Shown here piece after piece: positions 46,438-55,538 of a stretch of DNA of 64,000 bases. The stretch is from positions 3,577 through 67,576 of the forward strand of contig CALRYC010000001.1 in assembly GCA_943372295.1 (NCBI GenBank), written 5' to 3'. A program made the position numbers and the translations under genes. Each line of letters starts with the position of its first letter. Position 1 is the stretch's first letter. The stretch comes from Chitinophaga pinensis. GTDB taxonomy: Bacteria > Bacteroidota > Ignavibacteria > Kapaibacteriales > Kapaibacteriaceae. Under the pieces are notes generated by a model. The model worked only from the letters and a program-made list of their open reading frames with translations. It was not told the origin of the DNA and ran no database searches.

Positions 46438-48330
46438 CTACATCATGATGATCAATGGCAGAATCTTCTGACCCAGCGGGTGCGTGATACGGATGGTGTA
46501 GCGTCCGGCAGATACGTGCGTTGGGAGGGAGATGACAAGGGGGCCCGCGTCGCCTGTCGTAATCGAGTGGATGATACGTCCCTGCACGTCGATCACGTGG
46601 ATGCTGCTACCGGGTGGTACGTCATCGAGAGTGAACGTTGGGTTGGTGCGGGAGATCACGTTCGGACGCACACTGCCGTCCTGCTGCGTTGTAAAATCAT
46701 CAACGCTTGTCGTAATGGTGCAGAAGCTGGCCGGACCCGGATCGGCATACTGAAGGGCAAAGCCCCCTTCCAAGGTGCGGATGCGAAACTCGTAGATGGC
46801 ATGGGGCTCGGCCATGCGCGCCGAGCTGCCCCAGCCGGCCTTGCCCGACTCGACGATGGTGGTATCGTCAGAAACATCAATACCGTTACGGATCACTGTC
46901 GGCTTGCGCTTGGAATCCTGCCATACCCAGATGCCCCAGTGCTCGCGTCCGTTGCCAGTAAAGAGCTCAAACAGGTTGTAGCAACGGTCTGCGTTTGGCA
47001 CGCGTGTGGCGTAGATCCAGTCGTTGAGGATGTGCAGCTGACCATTGCAGTACTGGGCATAGAGATCCGAGAACATTCCGCTGGCTGGCACCGATCCGGC
47101 CCACTCGCCGGGTGAGAAAACTCCGTCGATCTCGCCCACGCCGGTGCAGGTGTTCGTGACGGATTCCTGCGAACCGGAGCGGTAGGTGATGGTCGAACCC
47201 TCGATGTTACCGGCCACGTCGTTAGGTTCTTTCTCGAGTCCGACGACGCCCCCTTGCGGGATGTAGCGCTCATGCTGCTGCGTTGTCAGGCCGCCCGACC
47301 CAAACGTTGCCGTGCGGATGTTCGGCTCGCGGATCAGGCCCCAACCTTCGACTCCGTTGTCGTCACACTCGAGCGAGGTAACTGTTGATGGGATGTACTG
47401 AACAGGGTCACTTCCAGTGGGGATGATGAACAGGCCTTCGGATACCACTACCGCAAATTCGTAGATGGTATGGGGCGTGGTGTCATTTGGTGATGGGCCG
47501 TATCCATAGCCGCCGCCGATGACGAGTGTGGAGTCGTTCGTAACCTCCTTGCCGTTGAGGACAACAATCACGGGATTCGTGCTGTCGTGAGTAACCTTGA
47601 TGCGCCAGTGCTCACTGCCGTTGCCCGTTGTGAAGTCGAACAAGTTGTAGCAGCTGCGATTGTAGGACGAACTTCCGATGAGCCAGTCGTTCATCAGGTA
47701 CATGACCTTGCGCTCGGAGCAGTAGTCGAGATAGAGCGTTGAGAACCGTCCGACCATTGGCGTGATGCCCGACCATTCACGTGTTCCATCCCGCAGTTGT
47801 GTGAAGCGTCCGTCGATCTTATGGCGCTCTATGCAGTTGAGTGTTCCGCCATGACCGCCATTGGGGTGTTCGTTGACCGTGCCGTCGCGTGGACGTCGAT
47901 CGCCCCCTGACAGATCAATGCGATCCCCATTCTGTGTTGACGGGTTGGGATCGGTCTTATCAACATCGTTATCGAGTGTGTCCCTATGGGCATCCACCAC
48001 AAAACTGTCTGTGGCAAACGGACCATCCACAATGCAGACAGCAACGCGATGCAGGCCCCCTGACAGATTCGAGCTCGTGGCAATGGTGATGCTACCATCG
48101 TTGGCCCCGATGATCCGCGCTGAATTGCCGTCGATCGATGCGGTCATGCGCGATGGAGCGACTTTCGGCAACTTGGAGCTCTGCACCGGCAGCAGGGTAA
48201 GGGGCTGTCCAGCCATCAAAGGAGATGAGGCAATGCGGACACTAAAACGTTCCGACGTGCTTGACGGACACTGGGCCCTGAGTGAGGTGATAAGGGCAAA
48301 GGTGCAGAGCACCATGATGATTGTTTTCAT
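46438..48330 (-). CDS. Secreted protein with an internally duplicated ~130-aa module and T9SS C-terminal sorting domain
   Basis: Signal peptide MKTIIMVLCTFALITSLRAQ. Module 1 is IDGRFTQLRDGTREWSG...FSTLYLDYC...CYNLFDFTTGNGSEHWRIKV...PHTIYEFAV. Module 2 is IDGVFSPGEWAGS...FSDLYAQYC...CYNLFELFTGNGREHWGIWV...PHAIYEFRI. CTD IHVIDVQGRIIHS...AGRYTIRITHPLGQKILPLIIMM. Confidence 0.7.
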   Translation of the reverse strand: MKTIIMVLCTFALITSLRAQCPSSTSERFSVRIASSPLMAGQPLTLLPVQSSKLPKVAPSRMTASIDGNSARIIGANDGSITIATSSNLSGGLHRVAVCIVDGPFATDSFVVDAHRDTLDNDVDKTDPNPSTQNGDRIDLSGGDRRPRDGTVNEHPNGGHGGTLNCIERHKIDGRFTQLRDGTREWSGITPMVGRFSTLYLDYCSERKVMYLMNDWLIGSSSYNRSCYNLFDFTTGNGSEHWRIKVTHDSTNPVIVVLNGKEVTNDSTLVIGGGYGYGPSPNDTTPHTIYEFAVVVSEGLFIIPTGSDPVQYIPSTVTSLECDDNGVEGWGLIREPNIRTATFGSGGLTTQQHERYIPQGGVVGLEKEPNDVAGNIEGSTITYRSGSQESVTNTCTGVGEIDGVFSPGEWAGSVPASGMFSDLYAQYCNGQLHILNDWIYATRVPNADRCYNLFELFTGNGREHWGIWVWQDSKRKPTVIRNGIDVSDDTTIVESGKAGWGSSARMAEPHAIYEFRIRTLEGGFALQYADPGPASFCTITTSVDDFTTQQDGSVRPNVISRTNPTFTLDDVPPGSSIHVIDVQGRIIHSITTGDAGPLVISLPTHVSAGRYTIRITHPLGQKILPLIIMM

Positions 48331-48363
48331 GAGATGAGCTTTCGTTTCAGTTTGAATGCGGAG

Positions 48364-50163
48364 TTAATGACGGACAACAATGCGCGCAGTTCGAAGCTCG
48401 AGTCCGTTGAGAACACGGCAGATGTAGACCCCGCTGGGCAGACTGCTTGTTTCCAACTCGAACTGGCGTAGACCGATGTCAGTGAAGCCTTGATCGATGC
48501 GTTGCAGAAGCACCCCATCGATGGTATAGAGCTCTGTTATGACATTGCCAGGACGGCTGAAGGACATGGACACATGGGCGTACTCATCCGACGGAGTTGG
48601 GATGGCGTCGGTGATCTGCGGTCGTTCATCCCGGGTATCATCGGGTTGGACTGAGGTGACCTTGAGATTACAGTCAACGAGCAGACGCTTCGAGAGGATG
48701 CGATCTCCATCGATAAAGACCAGCGAGATCGTGCGCTTGGATTGCCCCTTATCACACGGTGGAATGCGGAAGTACAGGCGGCAACATTCTTCCTTGGCAA
48801 AGTTGTCGGCAATGTCCGCGTAGATCGCTTCCAGCTGACCGCCGGTTGAGACCTGGCTCACACGTCCGGCAGGGGCTGCAGCAACGAACATCGCCATGGT
48901 ATCAACGGCCTCTTGCTCACCAGGTTGGCCTGTAAAGCCGAGGGCAATGAGATAGACTGGGACATTCGCCTTTCGTATAGCTCCCACAACACCTGCCGGA
49001 GTTGTGCGTGAGCGGTTGTCCTGTCCATCGGTCAGCGCAATCAGGGCCTTCTTCCGGCGCGCATGGGTAGAGAGCTTGCTGGTTGCCTCTATGATCGCAT
49101 CATAGAATGCCGTGAACCCGCCCGCTTGCAGTCGATCCAATGACCGTCCCAAGGCCAGCGTATCAGTCGTCCAGTTCTGCGTCAGCCGCACGGACTCATT
49201 GAATTGGATCAAGCAAAGACTATCACCGGGCTTCAGCCTGCGCATAAACTCATGGATGGAACGCTTAAGGGCATCGATCCGACGGACCATTGAGCCTCCG
49301 TAGGGGATCTCTTCCTCCATACTCCCAGAGACATCGACCACCAGACATACAGAGATCGGCTCTGTGCGTCCAGTGTCGCACACAAGGGAGTCCGGACAAA
49401 TGAACTTTCCGTCGGCAACGATACCAAGTTGCTCTTTGGTGACGAGCTCGTTGCGAGAGCCGGTGATGGTAGTGCTATCGAGAGTTACGATCGATGCATC
49501 AATGCGCAGACCAACGACGTCGTTGCCCTGCTTGATTGGCTGCACATCGCAGATGTTCACATCCTTGTCGAGGATCTCTTCGACCTCGATAGAGAGCTCG
49601 CCGCAGTTGTCCTCATATCGGGGGACAACGGCCCCCTGAGCGATGTTGTACGTCGAGTCGACGATCTGAAATCTCAACGGCTCGCCCGTACCGGCCATTG
49701 TGTGCTGGTAGCGGTGAAACGTCATATCGAGTGGCTGCGGCGGAAGGGGCTCCCCATTGATCCGAAAGCCCAGATACTTCCGAAAGCTGATCTCAAACAT
49801 TGGGTTTATGCCCAGCCCCTTTGGCGGGAAGGCATAGACTGTTGAATCGCCAACCCAGTGGGGGATCTCCACAAACGTTGTGCCCAGCACTTTGCGAGGG
49901 GGCCAGCGGAAGGCATCGATCTCTTCCTGTGGAACGTCATAGACCCATACGGCGTCGACACCTCTGCAGTTGGCGAATTGCGGCCATTGCGAGTAAGAGC
50001 CCTGCACCGTGATGCGATAACGTGCGCCGCTGCGGGTAGGGGGCGTTACCACTGCGTCGGCTGAGCGGGAGCTCAGTGTGAGTTTGACAGGGAACTGTGC
50101 CTGCAGATCTTCCCCCAGCAGGCAAAGCGTGGCGACGATGATCGCCAGATTGAATGAGCGCAT
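48364..50163 (-). CDS. Secreted von Willebrand factor A (vWA) domain protein with T9SS C-terminal sorting domain
   Basis: Start at MRSFNLAIIVATLCLLGEDLQAQ (50163); the track start 50373 overlaps the next gene. MIDAS-type CLVVDVSGSMEE, GGFTAFYDAI, ALIALTDGQDNRS. CTD ...SGVYICRVLNGLELRTARIVVRH. Confidence 0.8.
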   Translation of the reverse strand: MRSFNLAIIVATLCLLGEDLQAQFPVKLTLSSRSADAVVTPPTRSGARYRITVQGSYSQWPQFANCRGVDAVWVYDVPQEEIDAFRWPPRKVLGTTFVEIPHWVGDSTVYAFPPKGLGINPMFEISFRKYLGFRINGEPLPPQPLDMTFHRYQHTMAGTGEPLRFQIVDSTYNIAQGAVVPRYEDNCGELSIEVEEILDKDVNICDVQPIKQGNDVVGLRIDASIVTLDSTTITGSRNELVTKEQLGIVADGKFICPDSLVCDTGRTEPISVCLVVDVSGSMEEEIPYGGSMVRRIDALKRSIHEFMRRLKPGDSLCLIQFNESVRLTQNWTTDTLALGRSLDRLQAGGFTAFYDAIIEATSKLSTHARRKKALIALTDGQDNRSRTTPAGVVGAIRKANVPVYLIALGFTGQPGEQEAVDTMAMFVAAAPAGRVSQVSTGGQLEAIYADIADNFAKEECCRLYFRIPPCDKGQSKRTISLVFIDGDRILSKRLLVDCNLKVTSVQPDDTRDERPQITDAIPTPSDEYAHVSMSFSRPGNVITELYTIDGVLLQRIDQGFTDIGLRQFELETSSLPSGVYICRVLNGLELRTARIVVRH

Positions 50164-50263
50164 ACATCCTCCTCTTGTTGACAAACCGTCGGCTCTCTCG
50201 TCCGACGGCTGCAACTTCAGATTCGGTGTGCCGCGCAACACATTGGCAACGTTGCGGAAATAT

Positions 50264-51208
50264 TCAGCGGATGCGCACCTTCGACTTATCGAGTCGGATC
50301 CCGTAGGTCTTGGCCTCACGCGGGCCGCTGCTCTCGATGCAGTAGTACACGGCGAGCGTATCGCCCAGGGCATCCTGTAGCTTGCGATTGAGCTTGGTGA
50401 GGTTCGATCGAAACTGCTCAGCCGGAATCATGGACACTTTGCGTTTGCCATAGGTGCCATCAGAATCGGAAGCGTTCGGAAAGCTCTCCCGTCTGAAGGC
50501 CATGATCTTCTGAGCAAACTGCTCATCGGTAAACATGCCGCTGACGCGAAATCGGGCCTCAGAGATGGGTCCGATCATTGCTAAGCGCTCAAGGAAGAAG
50601 CGGTAATAGGCAAACTGAAGGGGCGAGAAGTTGATAACTGCCGAGCCGATCGTTACGAGCCCCTTTTCAACGGACAGCTCCACTCGAGGAATTGCGATGG
50701 CCTTCAGGGCAGCGTTCTCTTCTTCGAGTGCGATGATACGGGGCAGAGAAGAGTCGAGCCGCACCTCGCGTACCGGTGCCTTTGTCAGCTCCGCTTCGGT
50801 GGTTCGGTATAGAGATAGCTTGACTTCGCCGGATTCGGCAAGGAGTATCCAGCATACCTGCATCGAGGGAGTTCCGGACGATATCGCAGCGATCAATCTG
50901 CCTTTCTTTGTCGAGTGCATCGAGACAACATCACGCAGCTTCGGGTAGATCTCGTTATGGTCCGTAGGATCATCGATATCAACCGTCACGATCGAAATCT
51001 TTGTGATCGGTGATATCGATTTTATCATCTTCTGAAGCTGCGAAGCCCCACCAACGAGGTCGTATCGCACGCCAGCCCCCGTGGTGGCAATGAGAATGAC
51101 ATTCTTTGGCTTAAGTCCATCGACAGCAGTCAGGATCGGTCCGCGCTGTTGCTCCAGCATATTAACGTCGGTAACTCCGACAAACGAGAAGAGGGTCGCG
51201 TCAACCAT
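50264..51208 (-). CDS. RtcR-type CARF domain fused to a C-terminal winged-helix-like domain (putative ligand-sensing regulator)
   Basis: Start at MVDATLFSFVGVTD (ATG at 51208, preceded by AAGGAAAC). AAISSGTPSMQVCWILLAESG resembles E. coli RtcR HITTGTHVAQICWFLLAE (from memory). The C-terminal VINFSPLQFAYYRFFLERL resembles an OmpR/PhoB-type recognition domain. No AAA+ module. Confidence 0.55.
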   Translation of the reverse strand: MVDATLFSFVGVTDVNMLEQQRGPILTAVDGLKPKNVILIATTGAGVRYDLVGGASQLQKMIKSISPITKISIVTVDIDDPTDHNEIYPKLRDVVSMHSTKKGRLIAAISSGTPSMQVCWILLAESGEVKLSLYRTTEAELTKAPVREVRLDSSLPRIIALEEENAALKAIAIPRVELSVEKGLVTIGSAVINFSPLQFAYYRFFLERLAMIGPISEARFRVSGMFTDEQFAQKIMAFRRESFPNASDSDGTYGKRKVSMIPAEQFRSNLTKLNRKLQDALGDTLAVYYCIESSGPREAKTYGIRLDKSKVRIR

Positions 51209-51280
51209 GTAATGGTTTCCTTGGAATGAGTATCTCCTATAAATTGTATCTCTCTCCAATTGTAAATATAGGGGTGGACT

Positions 51281-52705
51281 ATGAGTGTTGATGAAGGGGG
51301 CGTGGATGTGAGCGGGGATGATGCGAAGGATATTATTCAGCAGACGAACGAACTCGTCATCGTAGCATCGGCTATCCTGCATGGTGGTCGCGTACCACTC
51401 GCACTTTTTCTTGAAGATTGTCTGAATAGTGTCAATGCCGATTATCTGCGATCGGTCGTCAAGACGTTTATCCTTACACGATTTGAAAAAGATGAACAAG
51501 ACAGACTCTACAAGGGGCTTGCTTCGCCCAATGATGAGCGCGGTCAGGAGCGTGAAACGCTTACGTACTCGGATAAGTTGTTCTTACTGCACCTGTTTGA
51601 CTTTTGTACTGCCGGCAAGGCTATCCAAGACCAGGCCAAAGGTTGGCACCCCAAGCTGATATTCCAATTGCCATTTGAGCGTGATACAGTTAATCATCAG
51701 ATTGAAGCCGTTCGAAAGAACCGTAACAAGGTCGAGCATAGAACACATACGATCAGGACGAGTCGGGATGTTGAGTTCATTCGAAACGACTCGCTCAAGC
51801 TTTTCCTGGATAACATCAAGGCCGTTATTGATTTCCGACCTGAGGTTTTTCGAGCAGAAACCGTAAAGGCAGTGAACGACTACATCTATGCGCTGCAAAA
51901 TCCGACTAGGCCTGTTGAGCAGCGTGCAACGCATTCGGAAACGACCTTTATTGAGGTCCCGACTGAGAAGCCCCCTCACGACAGAGCTGAGGCGGTGGTG
52001 GACCCTGCCGGAGTCGTCATTCCGAAGAGGCGTCAGTCATTGTGGATGTATGGACTGGTTGCCGCGATCGGGCTGGTAGCGTTGATCGCTGCGATGAGGT
52101 ATCAGAACCAAGCTGGACCAGTCATCAATGCGCCGGGTTCTTCCCTTGTTAGTTCGCCATCGGCGCAAGCTCCCACCGGGTCACTCGTGATCATTACTAC
52201 CCAGATCCTTGACTCGATTCATCGACGCAGATTCGTCAGTATGATCCGGGATAGTTATCATACCGACACTGTGATCCGAGTGGCCATGGTCTGGGATGAC
52301 GAGCGTATTATTGAACGCAACGTCAATGTGTTAAGCGATGCTGAGTTGTCCGATCTGCTGAGCAACATGGCCCTTAAGCCAATGACGGACATCACACAGT
52401 TCACGGCGGCGTTCAATGACGGATACCAGATCATGCGCAGGTATCAGCAGAACAATCAACCGCTTAACATGGTTGTGCTCGGGCATCTTCCGTTGACGAC
52501 CGAAGAGCGATATCGACAGCTTGTGGCGGAGAAATGGAATCCAGTCGAGAAGGAAAATATGACTGACAAGTGGAAAGAATCAGAACTGGGTCAGCTGACA
52601 TGGTACCGTGCGGGCGAAATCAGGCCTGACGAGCAAGCCTTTGTTGACAAGATTCTGTGTAGGCGTACCGAGACGTTACGACCGAAGGAGATCAATCTAC
52701 GATGA
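51281..52705 (+). CDS. Single-pass membrane protein with an N-terminal cytoplasmic HEPN-motif domain and a C-terminal extracytoplasmic domain
   Basis: IEAVRKNRNKVEHRT contains R-N-x3-H (HEPN signature, Swt1-like context). TM helix SLWMYGLVAAIGLVALIAAM. The C-terminal ~210 aa has an alternating strand/helix pattern. Confidence 0.5.
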   Translation: MSVDEGGVDVSGDDAKDIIQQTNELVIVASAILHGGRVPLALFLEDCLNSVNADYLRSVVKTFILTRFEKDEQDRLYKGLASPNDERGQERETLTYSDKLFLLHLFDFCTAGKAIQDQAKGWHPKLIFQLPFERDTVNHQIEAVRKNRNKVEHRTHTIRTSRDVEFIRNDSLKLFLDNIKAVIDFRPEVFRAETVKAVNDYIYALQNPTRPVEQRATHSETTFIEVPTEKPPHDRAEAVVDPAGVVIPKRRQSLWMYGLVAAIGLVALIAAMRYQNQAGPVINAPGSSLVSSPSAQAPTGSLVIITTQILDSIHRRRFVSMIRDSYHTDTVIRVAMVWDDERIIERNVNVLSDAELSDLLSNMALKPMTDITQFTAAFNDGYQIMRRYQQNNQPLNMVVLGHLPLTTEERYRQLVAEKWNPVEKENMTDKWKESELGQLTWYRAGEIRPDEQAFVDKILCRRTETLRPKEINLR

Positions 52706-53352
52706 CGAATGTTACTCTTGTGGCGGTGCTTTCCGTCTTACTCTCCATCCTTGCCGGATGCTCTAATTGCCAGCCTGTGCAACCCCTTTTCGTGCAGGGT
52801 GATGTGCCGGCCAGGATCGGATCGAAAGGAACCCTACTACGTTCGTCGGCCAGCCGAAACTCTCGTGTGATCGGCCTTGAGCGTCCGGGCGATAGCCAGT
52901 GCATAGCCGAGGACGAGCCGTTTGTATTGTCGATGCCGACATCCATCGACATGGCCGAGTATGCGATTCAGATCGAGGATTGCGACTCCGTAACAGCGGG
53001 TCAAAAGATCTACAAGATCACGCTCGTTGAGACATGTAAGAAAGTACTCGCACTCACAAAGCACTGTCAGCGCGTCAACTGGTACAATCCCTATCGGATC
53101 CCAGAGATCAGGGTCAAGAATGAGGACCTCGATCAGCTTGTGCTTACGCCATTGATCGGAACTGGCAATACGATTGTCGGCTACGAGGTGCGCCTTGGTG
53201 ATGTAAAGGGGGCGGACAAATGCCTCTCCCCAGCTCTTGACGCGCTAGACCGTTTTCGCAGCAAGGGGCTCAAGATCCGCCGTGCCGCTTCGAATACTCG
53301 TAAGAAGCCAGGATCACCGGAGCTATTCTTAGAGATACAGGCGATGGGGTAG
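52702..53352 (+). CDS. Lipoprotein, function unknown
   Basis: The start overlaps the upstream stop (ATGA). Lipobox VLLSILAGCSNC. Confidence 0.55.
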   Translation: MTNVTLVAVLSVLLSILAGCSNCQPVQPLFVQGDVPARIGSKGTLLRSSASRNSRVIGLERPGDSQCIAEDEPFVLSMPTSIDMAEYAIQIEDCDSVTAGQKIYKITLVETCKKVLALTKHCQRVNWYNPYRIPEIRVKNEDLDQLVLTPLIGTGNTIVGYEVRLGDVKGADKCLSPALDALDRFRSKGLKIRRAASNTRKKPGSPELFLEIQAMG

Positions 53353-53540
53353 GGGGGCACATTAGTGCTGCGCATCGTCAAGTCACATGCACAGTTGTGA
53401 GTCGCGTGCCGATCGTGTGTCCATGATGTTGCCTGCGGCTCAGCGGCATCATGGGCAATTGCCTGTCACAACACCATCGTCTCGCTCCCTAAACATCCCT
53501 CAATGGACCAGACTGTTCTCGTCCCCCCTTACGACTCAGC

Positions 53541-54398
53541 TTACTGCGTGAAGCTCTTCTGTAACTCGCTGCCTACCATAGCGCCCCCTATAGCCAGCTT
53601 CACGAGGGTAATTCCGGCGATTGCGATGATCACTACGCCGATATAACTGGGCGTCGAAATGCCATTGCGACGAGCATAGAGAAACCCGACAAAGATCATC
53701 CATGCTGTAACAGCCAATGACGTGATGCCTACAACAAGGAATACGATCAACGCCGTCGGTTTACTGCTGATCTCGAGTGTGTTCGCCCGTATTTGCTGGA
53801 TTGCAGGAAGAATGGCCATCGTAAGAGAATCCGTAGCAGTGATCGGTTGATTGTCGTCAAGGCTTTGCTGGATCTCGATGACACGTCCAACGTGAGGCAC
53901 CAGCGGCACTGCGAGAGCTTCCGATTGTCCATATAAACGCGCAACCTCGATATCAGCCTTGGCAATATTCGTAGTGGAGTTCACGAGTGCAGTCAGAACT
54001 ACAACAACACCGGCTGCGTATGCATACAGCGCAACGAATCTCTTGGCATCCACACGGTGCTTGACCACGCGAAACGCTATGATCGCCGTAAGACAGGATA
54101 GCGCCAGTAGCATCACCTTGACCACGATGCTCGAACCAACATCAGCCAGAGCGCTTTCAGTTGTCGGGATGACCTTGTTCGCGGACCACTCCGGAATGGC
54201 GTAGGCGATCACCAGCGCAAGGACTTCCGCCACGATGAAGAATCGTATTCCTCGGGCTGAAACATCGGATTCATCCTGCGACGTTTGGACCTCATCGATA
54301 AGCTTACTCGGACTCGTCAGCGCACTTATGAAGACGCTGAAAAACGACGGAAGCTCAGCAAACAGCTTCTCAAGGAAACTCTTCATCGTACCCTCCAA
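53541..54398 (-). CDS. Hypothetical multi-pass membrane protein (Yip1-like topology)
   Basis: Five or six hydrophobic helices and no catalytic motif recognised. Confidence 0.4.
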   Translation of the reverse strand: MEGTMKSFLEKLFAELPSFFSVFISALTSPSKLIDEVQTSQDESDVSARGIRFFIVAEVLALVIAYAIPEWSANKVIPTTESALADVGSSIVVKVMLLALSCLTAIIAFRVVKHRVDAKRFVALYAYAAGVVVVLTALVNSTTNIAKADIEVARLYGQSEALAVPLVPHVGRVIEIQQSLDDNQPITATDSLTMAILPAIQQIRANTLEISSKPTALIVFLVVGITSLAVTAWMIFVGFLYARRNGISTPSYIGVVIIAIAGITLVKLAIGGAMVGSELQKSFTQ

Positions 54399-54626
54399 AT
54401 GTGACGCACAGAAACACGTGCTAGGTTGGCCGGTTCTAGATACGAAAAAATACGAGGGCAGTGAAGATAGGCTCCCGCTTTCGCGAGAATGACGATCACG
54501 GGCTTAACTCGCCCCCTGCATATGACTCGTCCCTATATTCGTCAGACGGACGGTTTACTGCCGCGGTGACCGCGCGCATCTGTCCTGACGCAAAGGGGCG
54601 GACCACACAACTGATGGAGCGTACTC

Positions 54627-55526
54627 GTGAAACACGATCTGCTCGGACACCTTCCTGATATGTTCTCGCGGGACAAACGCGAGCGCATCGAACGTGTGAT
54701 TCTCACCGTGGCTATTGTCAGCTTCCTTGTGCACCTGGCAGCTATTCTGCTTGTCTCCTGGGGGATTGTCGAAACCGACCTTCCGGTGACGCTACTGAGT
54801 AATCCGGTGTCGGCACTCTACACACCGTTCTCGTTTATTCTTGTCTATGAGGTCTACCTCCTTATCTACTATCTGCCGCAGTCGCTTAGTACGTATATCA
54901 ACAAGCAGTATGAGATCATTCTGCTGATCATCATGCGGCGACTGTTCAAGGACCTTGCCAATCTGAAGATCACGCCTGAGTGGTTTTCACTGAAGTACGA
55001 TCTCCAGTTTACGTATGACCTTGCCTCGACACTGCTCCTGTTCTTGCTGATCTATGTCTTCTCGACTCAAAGCAGACTGCGGCTCGGTCCGTCGGCTGAT
55101 AAGTCCGAACTTGGAAGCGGCACAAGGAGATATACCCGCATCAAGAATGTCATCGCAGCAGGTCTTGTTCCGGTAGTGTTCGCGATGGCCCTGTACTCAT
55201 TGGTGACGTGGCTTTGGGGCACCCTTACCAGTACAGCGTCTGTAACGACGACATTTCAAGACATTAACGGGATTTTCTTCAAGCAGTTTTTCACTCTGCT
55301 TGTCATCGTCGATGTTGTCCTGCTGCTTGTGTCGTTTTACCATACCGACAAGTTTCATGTCATCATGCGCAATTCGGGTTTCGTGATATCAACAATCTTG
55401 ATCCGACTATCCTTCAACGTAGAAGGATTGATGAATAACATTCTTGTTATTGTGGCAGTGCTCTTCGGGTTATGCATCCTGCTCATATACAATCGATACG
55501 AGCAACGCGACGCACAGATGCAATAG
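54627..55526 (+). CDS. Hypothetical multi-pass membrane protein
   Basis: Six or seven hydrophobic helices (VILTVAIVSFLVHLAAILLV, FSFILVYEVYLLIYYL, ...). No motif recognised. Confidence 0.4.
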   Translation: MKHDLLGHLPDMFSRDKRERIERVILTVAIVSFLVHLAAILLVSWGIVETDLPVTLLSNPVSALYTPFSFILVYEVYLLIYYLPQSLSTYINKQYEIILLIIMRRLFKDLANLKITPEWFSLKYDLQFTYDLASTLLLFLLIYVFSTQSRLRLGPSADKSELGSGTRRYTRIKNVIAAGLVPVVFAMALYSLVTWLWGTLTSTASVTTTFQDINGIFFKQFFTLLVIVDVVLLLVSFYHTDKFHVIMRNSGFVISTILIRLSFNVEGLMNNILVIVAVLFGLCILLIYNRYEQRDAQMQ

Positions 55527-55538
55527 TCGTCGATACAT

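Noticed and set aside
51209-51499. A 97-codon N-terminal extension of the CARF ORF (track start 51499), overlapping the divergent gene.
   Set aside because: The CARF fold begins at MVDATLFSFVG (ATG at 51208, preceded by AAGGAAAC). The extension overlaps the more protein-like plus-strand start of 51281..52705. The similar extension 50164..50373 of the vWA ORF is rejected in favour of the signal-peptide start at 50163.
51281-52705. HEPN-MNT or HEPN toxin-antitoxin pair.
   Set aside because: No minimal nucleotidyltransferase or small antitoxin ORF is adjacent. The HEPN-motif protein is a 474-aa membrane protein, unlike type II/VII TA HEPN toxins.
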